A stretch of DNA of 64,000 nt from Planctomycetota bacterium. Its GTDB lineage: Bacteria; Planctomycetota; JAJSAM01; JAJVHW01. Under the pieces are notes generated by a model. The model searched no databases, was not told where the DNA came from, and saw only the letters and a list, made by a program, of their open reading frames with translations. Each line of letters begins with the position of its first letter. Positions within the stretch are counted from its first letter, which is position 1. This document shows, piece by piece, positions 1 to 9,933 of this stretch. A program made the translations under genes and the position numbers. The stretch lies in NCBI GenBank assembly GCA_965248445.1, contig CBDFJG010000003.1, forward strand, positions 576,001-640,000, read 5' to 3'.

Positions 1-1318
1 TGCGGCCGCGGACCTGGCGGCTGCGGCGACCGACAAGAGCGGCTTGGTGGGTCGGCCCGAACTGGTGGCGCGTCCGGAGAGTGCGATGCAGGTCGCGGCC
101 CTCCTCCGGCTCGCCAACGAGCATCGCTTCGTGGTTGTGCCCCGCGCCGCGGGGACGGGACGCTGCGGCGGCGCGGTTCCGGAGCGCGGCGGCGTCGTGC
201 TCGACGTGTCCGGAATGGCCAGCATCCTCGAGATCGACGCGAGGGAGCGCGTAGCCCGCGTCGAACCCGGCGTGGTGCTCGGGCATCTGCAGGCCGTGGT
301 GCTGGCGGAGGGGCTCTACTTCCCTCCGGATCCGGCGAGTGCGGCCGACTGCATGATCGGCGGTGCGATCGCGACGTCGGCGGGCGGATTGCGCGGCGCC
401 AAGTACGGGACCATGAAGCACTACGTCCTGGGTCTCGAGGTGGTGCTGCCGACGGGCGAGATCGTGCGGACAGGGGCGCGCACGCGGAAGTCCGTCGTCG
501 GCTACGACCTGACCTCGTTGATGGTGGGCAGCGAGGGCACGCTGGGCGTCGTGACCGAGGCGACGCTGAAGCTCGTTCCCCGTCCCGAGTCGGCCGAGAC
601 GCTGGCCGCGTGGTTCGACACGGACGACGCAGCGCGGACGGGTGTGGCGGTCGCGCTCGACGTCGCCGCGGTGCCGGCGGCGCTCGAGTTCGTTGACGCG
701 CGTGCGCTCTCCGCGGTCTCGGCGCATCGCACGGACTTTGATGCGAACGGCGCCAGGGGTCTCGTGCTGGTCGAGTGCGACGGCGATCCGGCCGCGGTCG
801 CGCGGGACATCACGCGCTATGAAGAGGCTCTGAAGGACAGCGCAACGCGCGTCGAACGGGCGCGGGACTCCGGCGAACGCGACCGGCTGTGGGCCGCGCG
901 TCGCGGCATCAGTCCAGCGGTCACGGCACGCTGGCCGCATCGGATGGCCGAGGACATCTGTGTGCCGCGAGTGCGCTTCGTCGAGATGATCCAAGCGCTG
1001 CACAGGATTGCAGCGGAGCACGGCCTCTCGGCGCTGGGGTTCGGGCACGCCGGCGACGGGAACGTGCACGCGTCGATCCTGATGGACCGCGGAGACGACG
1101 AGGAGCGGTCGCGCGCCCGCGAGGCCGTGGCGGACGTGTTCCGGCACGCCATCTCGCTCGGGGGGACGCTCTCGGCGGAACACGGGATTGCCATGACGAA
1201 GCGGGAGTACCTGCCCCTCGAGCTCTCCGGCCCCGCGATCGAGGCTCAGAGGGCGATCAAGCGGGCGCTCGACCCGAACGACGTGCTCAATCCGGGCAAG
1301 ATCTTCCCGGCAGTCTAG
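1..1318 (+). CDS. FAD-linked oxidase, GlcD/D-lactate dehydrogenase-like (5' truncated by window edge)
   Basis: The frame is open from base 2. Motifs: FPPDPAS, IGG..ATSAGG, KYG, GSEGTLG, GHAGDGNVH, SAEHGI, and C-terminal LDP..LNPGKI. Confidence 0.9.
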   Translation, partial: AAADLAAAATDKSGLVGRPELVARPESAMQVAALLRLANEHRFVVVPRAAGTGRCGGAVPERGGVVLDVSGMASILEIDARERVARVEPGVVLGHLQAVVLAEGLYFPPDPASAADCMIGGAIATSAGGLRGAKYGTMKHYVLGLEVVLPTGEIVRTGARTRKSVVGYDLTSLMVGSEGTLGVVTEATLKLVPRPESAETLAAWFDTDDAARTGVAVALDVAAVPAALEFVDARALSAVSAHRTDFDANGARGLVLVECDGDPAAVARDITRYEEALKDSATRVERARDSGERDRLWAARRGISPAVTARWPHRMAEDICVPRVRFVEMIQALHRIAAEHGLSALGFGHAGDGNVHASILMDRGDDEERSRAREAVADVFRHAISLGGTLSAEHGIAMTKREYLPLELSGPAIEAQRAIKRALDPNDVLNPGKIFPAV

Positions 1319-1375
1319 GCAGGCCGAGCAGGCTCCCCAGGCTCGACCGCTTCGGCGGGGCGGGCGCGGATTCCG

Positions 1376-2305
1376 ATGAGCGATGCGATGGCTCCTCGTG
1401 TGTCCGCGCTGATCCCCTGCTACGAGATGGCGCACTGCGTCGTACTCGCGGTGCAGAGTGCGATCTCTCAGGAGGGGGACCCCGTCGAGATTGTCGTCGT
1501 GGACGACGGCTCCCGAGCGGATCCCGGTCCTGTGCTCGCGCAGTTCGGGGACCGCGTTCGGTTGATCCGTCAGGCGAACGGCGGCGTGTCGGCAGCTCGG
1601 AACCGGGCGGCGGCCGAAGCGACGGGCGAGTGGCTGGCGTTCCTCGATGCAGATGACCGTTGGCTGCCGGAGAAGACGCGGCTGACACTCGCGGCGCTCG
1701 ACGCGCGGCCGGCGGCGCGATTCGCGTTCGGGCTGACCGAGGGACACGGTGACGACGGGGAGCGCAAGATCCTCGGCACCGCCCCGCCCCCGACCGGCCG
1801 TGGCCTGGTCCTGTCCCTGCTCGGCAACGGGAACTCCATCCCCAACCTGACCGGCGTGGTGCACCGCGATGCGTTCGCCGCAGTCGGCGGCTTCGACGAG
1901 TCGCTGCCGTGCGCCGAGGACTACCACCTGTGGCTACGTCTCGCGGAACGCTACGAGTTCGCATTCGTGGACCGTCCGGTCGCGACGTACACGATCCACT
2001 CCGGCGGCGAGACGATGGGGGACCGGGACCGCTGGGTGAGCTCGGTGGTGGCGGTGCACGCCGAGGTCCTCGCCCGGTACCCGGAGGACGACGAGGTGGC
2101 CCGCGCGATCGCCCGCGGCGACGCGGCCGTGCGTCTCAGCCGCGGACGCGACCGGTTGAGAGAGGGCAACCGCCAGGGCGCCCGGGAGGACTTCGAGGCG
2201 GCCATGACGTGTCCGTTCTCCGCTCCCGAAGCGCGCCGCCTGCTGCGCCATACCCATGTGCCGGCCCCGATCTACCGGGGGCTGCGCAGGCTCCTGGCCC
2301 GCTGA
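1376..2305 (+). CDS. Glycosyltransferase family 2
   Basis: VSALIPCY, VVVDDGS, NGGVSAARN, FLDADD (DxD), GGFDE, EDY.LWLRL. Confidence 0.92.
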   Translation: MSDAMAPRVSALIPCYEMAHCVVLAVQSAISQEGDPVEIVVVDDGSRADPGPVLAQFGDRVRLIRQANGGVSAARNRAAAEATGEWLAFLDADDRWLPEKTRLTLAALDARPAARFAFGLTEGHGDDGERKILGTAPPPTGRGLVLSLLGNGNSIPNLTGVVHRDAFAAVGGFDESLPCAEDYHLWLRLAERYEFAFVDRPVATYTIHSGGETMGDRDRWVSSVVAVHAEVLARYPEDDEVARAIARGDAAVRLSRGRDRLREGNRQGAREDFEAAMTCPFSAPEARRLLRHTHVPAPIYRGLRRLLAR

Positions 2306-2316
2306 GCCCATCTCGA

Positions 2317-5031
2317 ATGCACCGCACCACGCGCACCGCTCCGTCCGCCCCGGCCGCCCAGCCCGCGAAACCGGTCCTCTTGGGCCTCGAGATTGTCGCC
2401 GGGGACGATGTGCTTCGCCTCCTCACGGACGCTGCGTTCGGGGAGGCGTGGGACGGCTTGCTCGCGTTCTGCCCGTGGAGCACCGCGTTTCAGCGGCGCG
2501 ACTTCACGTCACTCTGGTACCGCACGTACGCGGACCTCCACGTACCTCTACTCGTGGTCGGGTACGGCGATGACGGGAGCGTCGCGGGCGTGCTGGCGCT
2601 CGCACGTGAGCGGGGTACCGGACGGATCCTCTCCGCAGGCGCCCACCATGCCGAGTACCAGACATGGCTTGCGCACCCGCGACTCGGCGATGAGTTCGCG
2701 GCCCGCGCAATGACTGCGCTGCGCGGAAAGCACCCGGCCGCCCGGGTCGTGTTCCGTTACCTCGCGCCGGGTACGCCGACCGCTTGGACGCAAGGCGATG
2801 CGTGGCGCAGCCGGTGCGTGCACGAGCCTGAGTCGCGTGCACTCCTCGACACCGGTGATGAGAAACGCGGCGCTGCAGCGCTGCGCAAGAAGAGCAACCG
2901 CAGCCGTCTGAATCGCCTCAAGCGGCACGGAGACGTGACGTTCGAGCGGGTGACCACGGACGGAGGCTTCTCGGCGGTGCTCGACGAGATCATCCCGATG
3001 TACGACTTGCGCCAAGGCGCGGCACATCGGGTGCTTCCGTTCGCGAAGGACGCCTCCAAACGGCCGTTCCACGAGGCGCTGTTCGATCTGCCGGATTTCC
3101 TGCACGTCACGGTGACGCGTGCGGGGGGCCGGGTCGTCGCCGCGCACGTCGGCGTGCTGACGGGCGATTCCGTCAGCCTAGGTGTGTACACGCACGCTCC
3201 GGACCTCGCGCGGCACTCGCCGGGCAAGCTGCACCTCCTGATGCTCGCCGGGAAGCTGGCCGAGGAGGGCGTGGAGACGCTCGACCTCACGCCGGGGGGA
3301 GAGTGGAAGGAGCGCTTCGCGACGCGCACGGACACCGTGTCGACGCTGCGCGTGAACTTCGCGGTCCTGGATCGCGTGCGTCACGCAGCGCGGCTCGGTG
3401 TGGATCGCTTCGCCAAGTCCGTGGCTCTGGCTCTGGGCACGACGCCGGGCGCGCTGCGTTCGCGCGTGCAGCGTCCGCGTGCCGACGCTCTGCGCGCGCT
3501 GCTCCGCGGCCGCGACGTGACGGAGCTACTGTCGCTCCCGGCTGCGACGGGCCGCCGGATCGAGGGACGCGAGACGCACGCGCCGTGCACGCTCTCTCAG
3601 CTCGTCGCGGACCGGCCGCGACGGGCGGGCGAGACGTTCGTGGGGGCGCTGGCGGACGCCGAGGCGCGCCTGGCGGCCGGCTGGGTCCCGTACGGTCGCC
3701 GGGGAAGCGGTCCGGCGGCTCTGGCGTGGTCGCGCCATGCCGGGACCGGTGACGAGCCGTGCACCGAGGGGGACGCGGTGCTGAGCGTTTCGGTCGCGCC
3801 ACGGGAGCAAGTGGATGCACTGCTCCGCCGGCTCGTGCACGACGCGTCGCACGGTGAGGGCACACAGACGATCTGGTTGAACGTGCGCGGCGACCCGGCG
3901 GTCTTTGCGGCCGCACGCGCCCTCGGCTTCGAGCACCGGTACTCGCGCACTGCGTCGCGCCTCGAGCGGGTTCCGCGGCCCCGGCCGGGGCCGTCGTCCG
4001 GGCAGAAGATGCGCGAACTGGCCAAGCGCGCGGTCCTGCACACGGCGCGGGCGATCGGCCTGTTCCATCTGGCCCGCCGACTCACGCGCCGCGACCTGCG
4101 GATCCTCTGCTACCACGGGTTCTCGGTCGAGGACGAGGTCGGACTCGGGCCGCGTCTCTTCATGGAGCCCGCGACGTTCGGCCGGCACATGGACCTGCTG
4201 AAGCGGTGGGGCTTCCCAGTCCTGGTCTTGGGGGACGCGCTGGATGCGCTCGCGTCGGACTCGCACCCGGACAGCGGGACGGTCATCACGATCGACGACG
4301 GTCCTTGGTCGGTGCTGTCTCTCGGGCTGCCGCACCTTGAACGGAACGGCTTCCCCGCGACGCTCTACCAGACGACGTACTACACGGTGAAGCAGGCTCC
4401 GGTGTTCAACATGGCTCTGCGATACGTGCTCTGGCGCGCCCCGCGGCGTGTGTTGCGCCTCGACGGACTGATCCCCGATCTCGCGGGTGACCTGGACATC
4501 GACGACGCGACTGCCCGCGGACCCGCGCTCGCACAGATCAACGCATACGCCGCAGAGCACTTCGACGAACCCGCCCGCCAGGTGCTCGCCCGCGAGGTAG
4601 CAGTGCGTCTCGCAGTGGACTACGACCTGTTCGAGGAGAGCCGCGTCGTCGGCCTGCTCACCGTGGATGAGTTGAGGGAGCTGGGCGAGCGCGGCATCGA
4701 CGTGCAGCTGCACACGCACCGCCATCGGTTCCCGGCCGACTTCGACGTCGTGCGGCGCGAGATCGCCGACAACCGTGACGTTCTGGAGCCGGTGGCGACG
4801 CGGCCGCTCGAGCATCTCTGCTACCCCAGCAGCGAGCACTACTCCGAGCAGTTCGAGTGGATGCGCGACCTCGGTATCGTGAGCGGAACCACGTGCGACA
4901 CCGGGTTCGTCCGTCGGGGCGATGATCCCTACCGGCTGGGCCGGATACTCGACGGCGAGTGCGTGCCCGACATCGAACTGCAGGCGGAGATGTTCGGGTT
5001 CCTCGAACTCGTCCGCCGCGTCCGCGGCTAG
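2317..5031 (+). CDS. CelD/BcsL-like GNAT domain fused to a C-terminal CE4/NodB polysaccharide deacetylase
   Basis: ATG at 2317 follows the GT2 stop. N-terminal half has AW..L/FQ..W, SPGKLHL and LDLTPG motifs. C-terminal half has ILCYHG, ITIDDG, HTHRH and CYP motifs. Confidence 0.8.
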   Translation: MHRTTRTAPSAPAAQPAKPVLLGLEIVAGDDVLRLLTDAAFGEAWDGLLAFCPWSTAFQRRDFTSLWYRTYADLHVPLLVVGYGDDGSVAGVLALARERGTGRILSAGAHHAEYQTWLAHPRLGDEFAARAMTALRGKHPAARVVFRYLAPGTPTAWTQGDAWRSRCVHEPESRALLDTGDEKRGAAALRKKSNRSRLNRLKRHGDVTFERVTTDGGFSAVLDEIIPMYDLRQGAAHRVLPFAKDASKRPFHEALFDLPDFLHVTVTRAGGRVVAAHVGVLTGDSVSLGVYTHAPDLARHSPGKLHLLMLAGKLAEEGVETLDLTPGGEWKERFATRTDTVSTLRVNFAVLDRVRHAARLGVDRFAKSVALALGTTPGALRSRVQRPRADALRALLRGRDVTELLSLPAATGRRIEGRETHAPCTLSQLVADRPRRAGETFVGALADAEARLAAGWVPYGRRGSGPAALAWSRHAGTGDEPCTEGDAVLSVSVAPREQVDALLRRLVHDASHGEGTQTIWLNVRGDPAVFAAARALGFEHRYSRTASRLERVPRPRPGPSSGQKMRELAKRAVLHTARAIGLFHLARRLTRRDLRILCYHGFSVEDEVGLGPRLFMEPATFGRHMDLLKRWGFPVLVLGDALDALASDSHPDSGTVITIDDGPWSVLSLGLPHLERNGFPATLYQTTYYTVKQAPVFNMALRYVLWRAPRRVLRLDGLIPDLAGDLDIDDATARGPALAQINAYAAEHFDEPARQVLAREVAVRLAVDYDLFEESRVVGLLTVDELRELGERGIDVQLHTHRHRFPADFDVVRREIADNRDVLEPVATRPLEHLCYPSSEHYSEQFEWMRDLGIVSGTTCDTGFVRRGDDPYRLGRILDGECVPDIELQAEMFGFLELVRRVRG

Positions 5032-6116
5032 GTCAGTGCACCGAGACCCAGCGAGAGCGTCTCGAGCGCGCGCGACAGTTGCGCCGGCGGTAGGCCGAAC
5101 GAGATGCGGAGCGCACCCTCCGCGTCGAAGAAGTGGCCCGGCACGACCTGCACGTCGAGGTCCGCGCGAAGCCGACGGGCGAGTTCGAGTGAGTCCTTGC
5201 AACCTGCGACGTCCACGAGTCCGGTGATTCCCGCGGCCGGAGGCACCCACGAAGCGCGCTCCTCGCTCTCCACCCACGCGTCCATGACGGGGCGCGCTCG
5301 GTCTGCGATCTGCCGGCCGCGCTCGCGAAGTGAATCGGCGTTCCGAACGCCGACCAGCGCGGCCCGGAGCGACGGCAGCGGATCGACACCGTGCGCGATC
5401 TCGCGTACGTGTTCGGCGCGAGCCAGGACCGCTGGGGGGGCGAACACCCAGCCCGCCCGCGCCGGTCCCCACCCGTAGCACTTGGTCAGCGACGACGTGA
5501 CGATCAGCCGGCCGTCGGGCCGGTACGCCGTCGCCACGGGCTCGGGCAGGAAGTCGCGGTAGACCTCGTCCACGAGGATCCACGTCCTGGTGCGCACGGC
5601 GAGCGCATGGAGCCCCTCCACGTCTGCGTCCGTGAACGGCACGGGCACGGGGTTGTAGAGGTCGGTGAGGCACACGATGCGCGCGCCCGCGCTGATCGCG
5701 TCCTCGACGCGCGCGACGTCGATCGCGTAGGAGTCCTCCGGACGTCGGTCGAGAGACGCGATGCGCGCCCCCGCGAGTCGTGCCGCCACCTCGAATGCGG
5801 GGTAGGCCGGCCGTTCGATCGCGACGAGTGGTGCTTCGTCGCCCGCGTCCCGCGCCAGTGTGATCAGAGCGGTCACCGACAGGAACACGCCGCCGCTCGC
5901 GCCGAGGGAGGGAAGGCAGTGATCGGCGGGAACGCCGTAGCGCGCCGCGATCGCGTCGGTCAGCGCGTGAGACTCCTCGCCCGTTGCGACGTCACCGGAG
6001 TCCTGCGACACGAATCCGTCAGGCGGAGCCGACACTCCGGACATGCAGAGTTCGTGCGTTGCCCCCTGCATCTCGTCGATGGCCCAGTGCAGGTAATTGA
6101 ACTGCTTGAATCGCAT
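5028..6116 (-). CDS. PLP-dependent aminotransferase class I/II
   Basis: Start MRFKQFNYLHW at 6116. Motifs: NP, LVDEVY, SSLTKCYG..ARAGW (PLP lysine), VVPG.FF, LRISFG. Confidence 0.9.
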   Translation of the reverse strand: MRFKQFNYLHWAIDEMQGATHELCMSGVSAPPDGFVSQDSGDVATGEESHALTDAIAARYGVPADHCLPSLGASGGVFLSVTALITLARDAGDEAPLVAIERPAYPAFEVAARLAGARIASLDRRPEDSYAIDVARVEDAISAGARIVCLTDLYNPVPVPFTDADVEGLHALAVRTRTWILVDEVYRDFLPEPVATAYRPDGRLIVTSSLTKCYGWGPARAGWVFAPPAVLARAEHVREIAHGVDPLPSLRAALVGVRNADSLRERGRQIADRARPVMDAWVESEERASWVPPAAGITGLVDVAGCKDSLELARRLRADLDVQVVPGHFFDAEGALRISFGLPPAQLSRALETLSLGLGALT

Positions 6117-6161
6117 GTCCGCATTCTGAACCCTGGGGGTGGGGGTCGGTACATTCCGACC

Positions 6162-7406
6162 ATGATGCGCACACTTCGTCCTCTCTCCACGCTCACGATT
6201 CTCGCAGCCGCGCTGCTGACCGTCGCCGTGTTGCGGCCGGCATCCGCCACGCCGGATGACGAACCGATTCGCGTTGCTGCCGATCCCGCTGCCGACGCGG
6301 GCGCACCGGCAGCGGGCGAGAGTCGGAGCGCCGCGGTGCCAGTTCCAGCGCGGGTGACCGGCAACGCGGTCAACATCCGCTCGGGACCGTCCGTGGACTA
6401 CAAGGCCGTCGGCCGCGCGAATCGCGGCGACGTGGTTCTGCTCGTCGCGACGGAGGGCGAGTGGAGCCGCGTGCGGCTTCCCGGCGGCCCCGTCGCCCAC
6501 GTGTTCGCTCCTCTGGTCGCGTGGAAAGAAGGCGATCTGCGCGCCAGGGTCAGCGCCGCGGACGTGCTGCTTCGCGCGTCGCCGAGCAAGGCGTTCTTCG
6601 CGTTCAAGGCGCAGAAGCTCCAGCGGGGCGACGAGCTCATCGTCCTGGGCAAGGTTGCGGGTGAGGGGGGAGACTGGCTGCGGTGCGTGGCGCCCGAGAC
6701 AGTGCACGTCTGGGTCCATTCCAAGTACGTCCGCCCGCTCGCCGAGAGCGAGCTCGCCGGGGTCGCCATGGAGCAGGAGCGCTTCGCACGGCACGACGCG
6801 CTCACCGACGGGCGCACGCGCGTCGAGCGCGATGAGCGCCGTGAGCGCGCCAAGGAGGAGCGCGCGTTCGCCGCCCGACTCGCGGACGGCGAGCGCCGTC
6901 TGGCCGGCGGCCTGCTGGGAACTCCCGACGCCGTGACGTGGCGGACCGCCGCTGACGACGCGCCGACCGAGGCGCTGGCCCGCCGCTCTCTGGACCTCGC
7001 CACGCGCATCGAGCGCGCCGTGACCGAGCGCGAGATCCTGGATGCGACCCGCAAGTCGCGGGCGGACGCCGAACGCGTCGCGCGTCTCGAGCAGGAGGCG
7101 CGCGAACTCGAGCAGCAGCGGCGCCGCGAAGCGGAGGAAGCCCGGCGGCGTCTGGAAGACGCACAGCGGCGTGCGGAGCAGAAGAAGCCGCAGCAACGTC
7201 TCGTCGCATTCGAGGGGACGATCTCGACGCGCGAGGACGGTACGGCCGTCGTCATCGTCGAGGGTGGCTCCGCGTACGACATCTCGAGCACCCGCTACCG
7301 ACTCCTCGACTACGCGGGTCGGCGTGTCCGGATTGATGGTAGTCAGCCCGCGATCGGCGGCCTGATCGAGATCACCGGGCTTCGCGTGCTTCCTTCGGCG
7401 CGCTGA
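6162..7406 (+). CDS. Secreted protein with two SH3b-like domains, a coiled coil and a small C-terminal beta domain
   Basis: Signal peptide; VNIRSGPS..Y and VLLRASPS repeats; W..V and VWVHSKYV; E/R-rich coiled coil. Confidence 0.75.
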   Translation: MMRTLRPLSTLTILAAALLTVAVLRPASATPDDEPIRVAADPAADAGAPAAGESRSAAVPVPARVTGNAVNIRSGPSVDYKAVGRANRGDVVLLVATEGEWSRVRLPGGPVAHVFAPLVAWKEGDLRARVSAADVLLRASPSKAFFAFKAQKLQRGDELIVLGKVAGEGGDWLRCVAPETVHVWVHSKYVRPLAESELAGVAMEQERFARHDALTDGRTRVERDERRERAKEERAFAARLADGERRLAGGLLGTPDAVTWRTAADDAPTEALARRSLDLATRIERAVTEREILDATRKSRADAERVARLEQEARELEQQRRREAEEARRRLEDAQRRAEQKKPQQRLVAFEGTISTREDGTAVVIVEGGSAYDISSTRYRLLDYAGRRVRIDGSQPAIGGLIEITGLRVLPSAR

Positions 7407-7524
7407 CTGGCCTGAGGGGGCCGCCGCTGGGCGGGCTGTTGTGTTCTGTTCGTCCGCTCACGCGGACGACACGACCGCGACCGGCGGCCTGATCGAGATC
7501 ACCGGGCTGCCTTCTGCGCGTTGA
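7348..7524 (+). repeat. Degenerate direct duplication of the 3' end of the SH3 gene (7348-7406 vs 7475-7524)
   Basis: 27-nt identical core cggcggcctgatcgagatcaccgggct at 7355-7381 and 7482-7508. Both copies end ccttcNgcgcgNtga. Confidence 0.85.
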
Positions 7525-7692
7525 TGCTGGTTCATCTGCTGACGCGGATGAGACAGACCGCGATCGGCTTGTCCACTCGGCATCGGCCTGCGGCCGCTGC
7601 CTCGCGTTCGCTCCTGCCGAACCGTCCCGCGGACGCTTCGGCTGCCGCTGCGCGGCACCGTCGCTCACCCACTGACGCAGATGAGACGTGGG

Positions 7693-8748
7693 CTAGCGCA
7701 TCTCGTCGGGGGTCATCTCCTTGCGGAGGAGTGCGATCGCGCGGTAGAGGCGCGCCAGGCGCTTCTCGAGCGACTTCGACTTCGGGTCTTCCTCCGCCGC
7801 TTCCGCGTAGATGTTCCGCGCCTTGGTGAGGCTCTTGAAGGCCTCGCGGCGGTGGTTCTTGCGCTCGACGCCACTCGACGCGTCCGCCCCGGAGAGCTGG
7901 AAGTGATGGAGACCGTTCCGCTCTTCCTCCACTGCCTCCTCGAGTGACTTCCGCGTGGCGTTGCTGAAGTCGCCGCGGATCGTGAAGGCCGGTGCGACGT
8001 CTGGCATGTTCGACTTGCCGGTGCCGCCGATGCCGCTCGGTTCGTCATCCGTGTCGTCGGGGTGGGTCATTCCGTTGGTCATGCCGGATCCGCCACCTGT
8101 GCTGCGGCCGACGACCAGGAGGCCGTGCATCGTGATCGCCTCGTTGATCGCCCGTTCCGCGGCGCCGCCGGATCGCTTGGCCGCGGCGTTCAGCGCCGCC
8201 TCGACCGGCCCTCCGGAGACGGCGGCGTCGAGTGTGCCCTTGGCCAGCAGCGCGAGGTCCGCCTGGTACCCGGCGACCGCGGCGAAGCGCATGGCGGTCA
8301 GCCAATCGCTCTCGTCGTTCGTGCTCTGCGCACGGGCGCGCAGGTCGAAGAAGCGCTTCTGCCGCGTCGACTCCTCGCCGGCCGGTGGCAGCGCGCCATC
8401 GATCAGCGCGAGTGCGAGAGTGGTCTTGCGCCCGGACTGCTGAGCGCGCAGCTTCGTATGCGGATCCGGAGTCAGGCTCGCGGCGACGGTGTACGTCGGG
8501 AGGGCCGTGGCGAAGTCGCCGACGTCGTACGCGGCATCGGCCTTCGTGAGCGCGTCGCGGGCGGCTTGCGTCGGGTTCTTTCGGATCGCATCGACAGCCC
8601 CGTCCCCGATGTCATCCGACGAGACCGGCTGGTGTTCGTCCAACCCGATCATCGCCAGCGCGCCGTCGAAGCCCTCGGGGTGCACGAATGCCGCCATGCC
8701 GAATGCCACGGCGGCCACGAGAGGGATGACGAGGACGGCCTTGCCCAT
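7693..8748 (-). CDS. Hypothetical membrane-anchored or secreted helical (TPR-like) protein
   Basis: Start MGKAVLVIPLVAAVAF has a hydrophobic N-terminus. Contains TPR-like amphipathic helices and is co-oriented with tgt. Confidence 0.6.
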   Translation of the reverse strand: MGKAVLVIPLVAAVAFGMAAFVHPEGFDGALAMIGLDEHQPVSSDDIGDGAVDAIRKNPTQAARDALTKADAAYDVGDFATALPTYTVAASLTPDPHTKLRAQQSGRKTTLALALIDGALPPAGEESTRQKRFFDLRARAQSTNDESDWLTAMRFAAVAGYQADLALLAKGTLDAAVSGGPVEAALNAAAKRSGGAAERAINEAITMHGLLVVGRSTGGGSGMTNGMTHPDDTDDEPSGIGGTGKSNMPDVAPAFTIRGDFSNATRKSLEEAVEEERNGLHHFQLSGADASSGVERKNHRREAFKSLTKARNIYAEAAEEDPKSKSLEKRLARLYRAIALLRKEMTPDEMR

Positions 8749-8802
8749 CTTTCTACGCTCCGTCCCGGGCCGCGGCCGGCCACGCAAATTCGCCCCTGCG
8801 GC

Positions 8803-9933
8803 TCACTCGTGTGCCTCTACCAGACTCGCCAGCGTGTCGTGGCGAAACTGCTCGAACGAACCGTCGCAGATCGCCTCCCGCGTGCGGCGGGCGAGGTTCA
8901 ACATGAACGTCACGTTGTGCACGGCCAGCAGGGTCCAGACCAGCGGCTCGTCCACCTGAGACAGGTGGCGGATGTACCCGCGCGAGTGCGTGGCGCAGGT
9001 AGGGCAGCCGCACGTGTCGTCGAGCGGGCGTGTGTCCCTGGCGTGCTTCAGGTTGCGCATGCGCAGCGTGCCGCGGCTGGTGAGCGCGTGCTTGTGACGC
9101 GCGTTCCTCGTCGGCAGGACGCAGTCCATCATGTCGCTGCCGGCGGCGACGGCGGCCAGGAAGTCGCGCGGCGTTCCGATGCCCATCACGTAGCGCGGAC
9201 GGTCCGCGGGGAGGGCGTCGTTGGTGAGTGCGAGCACACGCCATGTATCGTCGTGTGACTCGCCCACGCTGAAGCCGCCGGCCGCGTAGCCGGGCGCATC
9301 CAATTCGACGAGTGCCTCGGCGCAGCGCAGGCGCAGATCGTCGAACACGCCGCCCTGCACGATCGGGAAGAGGGCCTGGTCGTCGCGGGTCTGCGCCGCC
9401 GCGCTCCGCCGCGCCCACGCGATCGTCGTGTCCACCGCGCGCTCCACGGTGGCGCGACCGGCGGGAAACTCGATGCAGTGGTCGAGCGGCATGACGATGT
9501 CCGCGCCGAGCGCCTCCTGCACCTCCATCACGCTTTCGGGCGTCAGGTGCAGGCTCTTGCCGTCGATCTCCGACTGGAACGTGACGCCGTCCGAGTCCAT
9601 GGCGCGCCGTGCCGCCAGCGACCAGACCTGGAAGCCGCCCGAGTCCGTGAGCAGGGGCCCGTCCCACGACATGAACTCGTGCAGCCCCCCGAGGTCCCGC
9701 ACCACATCCGCACCCGGACGCTGCATGAGGTGATACGCGTTGGCGAGGACGATGCCGGCACCCGCTTGACGCAGATCGGCGGTCGTCATGACCTTCATCG
9801 CCGCGCGTGTGCCGACCGGCATGAAGGCGGGCGTTGCGGCGCTGCCGTGGGGCGTCGCGATGGTCCCCGCGCGCGCACGTGTCGGTGTGTCCTGCGCCGC
9901 GAGCGTGAACGAGAACTCCCGAGGAACCGTCAC
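8803..9933 (-). CDS. tgt: tRNA-guanine transglycosylase
   Basis: TPAFMPVGT, NAYHL, LTDSGGFQV, IVQGG, GGFSVGE, DCVLPTRNAR, Zn motif CGCPTC...H. GTG start overlaps the upstream TGA. Confidence 0.97.
   Translation of the reverse strand: MTVPREFSFTLAAQDTPTRARAGTIATPHGSAATPAFMPVGTRAAMKVMTTADLRQAGAGIVLANAYHLMQRPGADVVRDLGGLHEFMSWDGPLLTDSGGFQVWSLAARRAMDSDGVTFQSEIDGKSLHLTPESVMEVQEALGADIVMPLDHCIEFPAGRATVERAVDTTIAWARRSAAAQTRDDQALFPIVQGGVFDDLRLRCAEALVELDAPGYAAGGFSVGESHDDTWRVLALTNDALPADRPRYVMGIGTPRDFLAAVAAGSDMMDCVLPTRNARHKHALTSRGTLRMRNLKHARDTRPLDDTCGCPTCATHSRGYIRHLSQVDEPLVWTLLAVHNVTFMLNLARRTREAICDGSFEQFRHDTLASLVEAHE

Noticed and set aside
7348..7524. DGR template/variable repeat pair
   Set aside because: No reverse transcriptase in the window; differences include a deletion and are not consistently at adenines.
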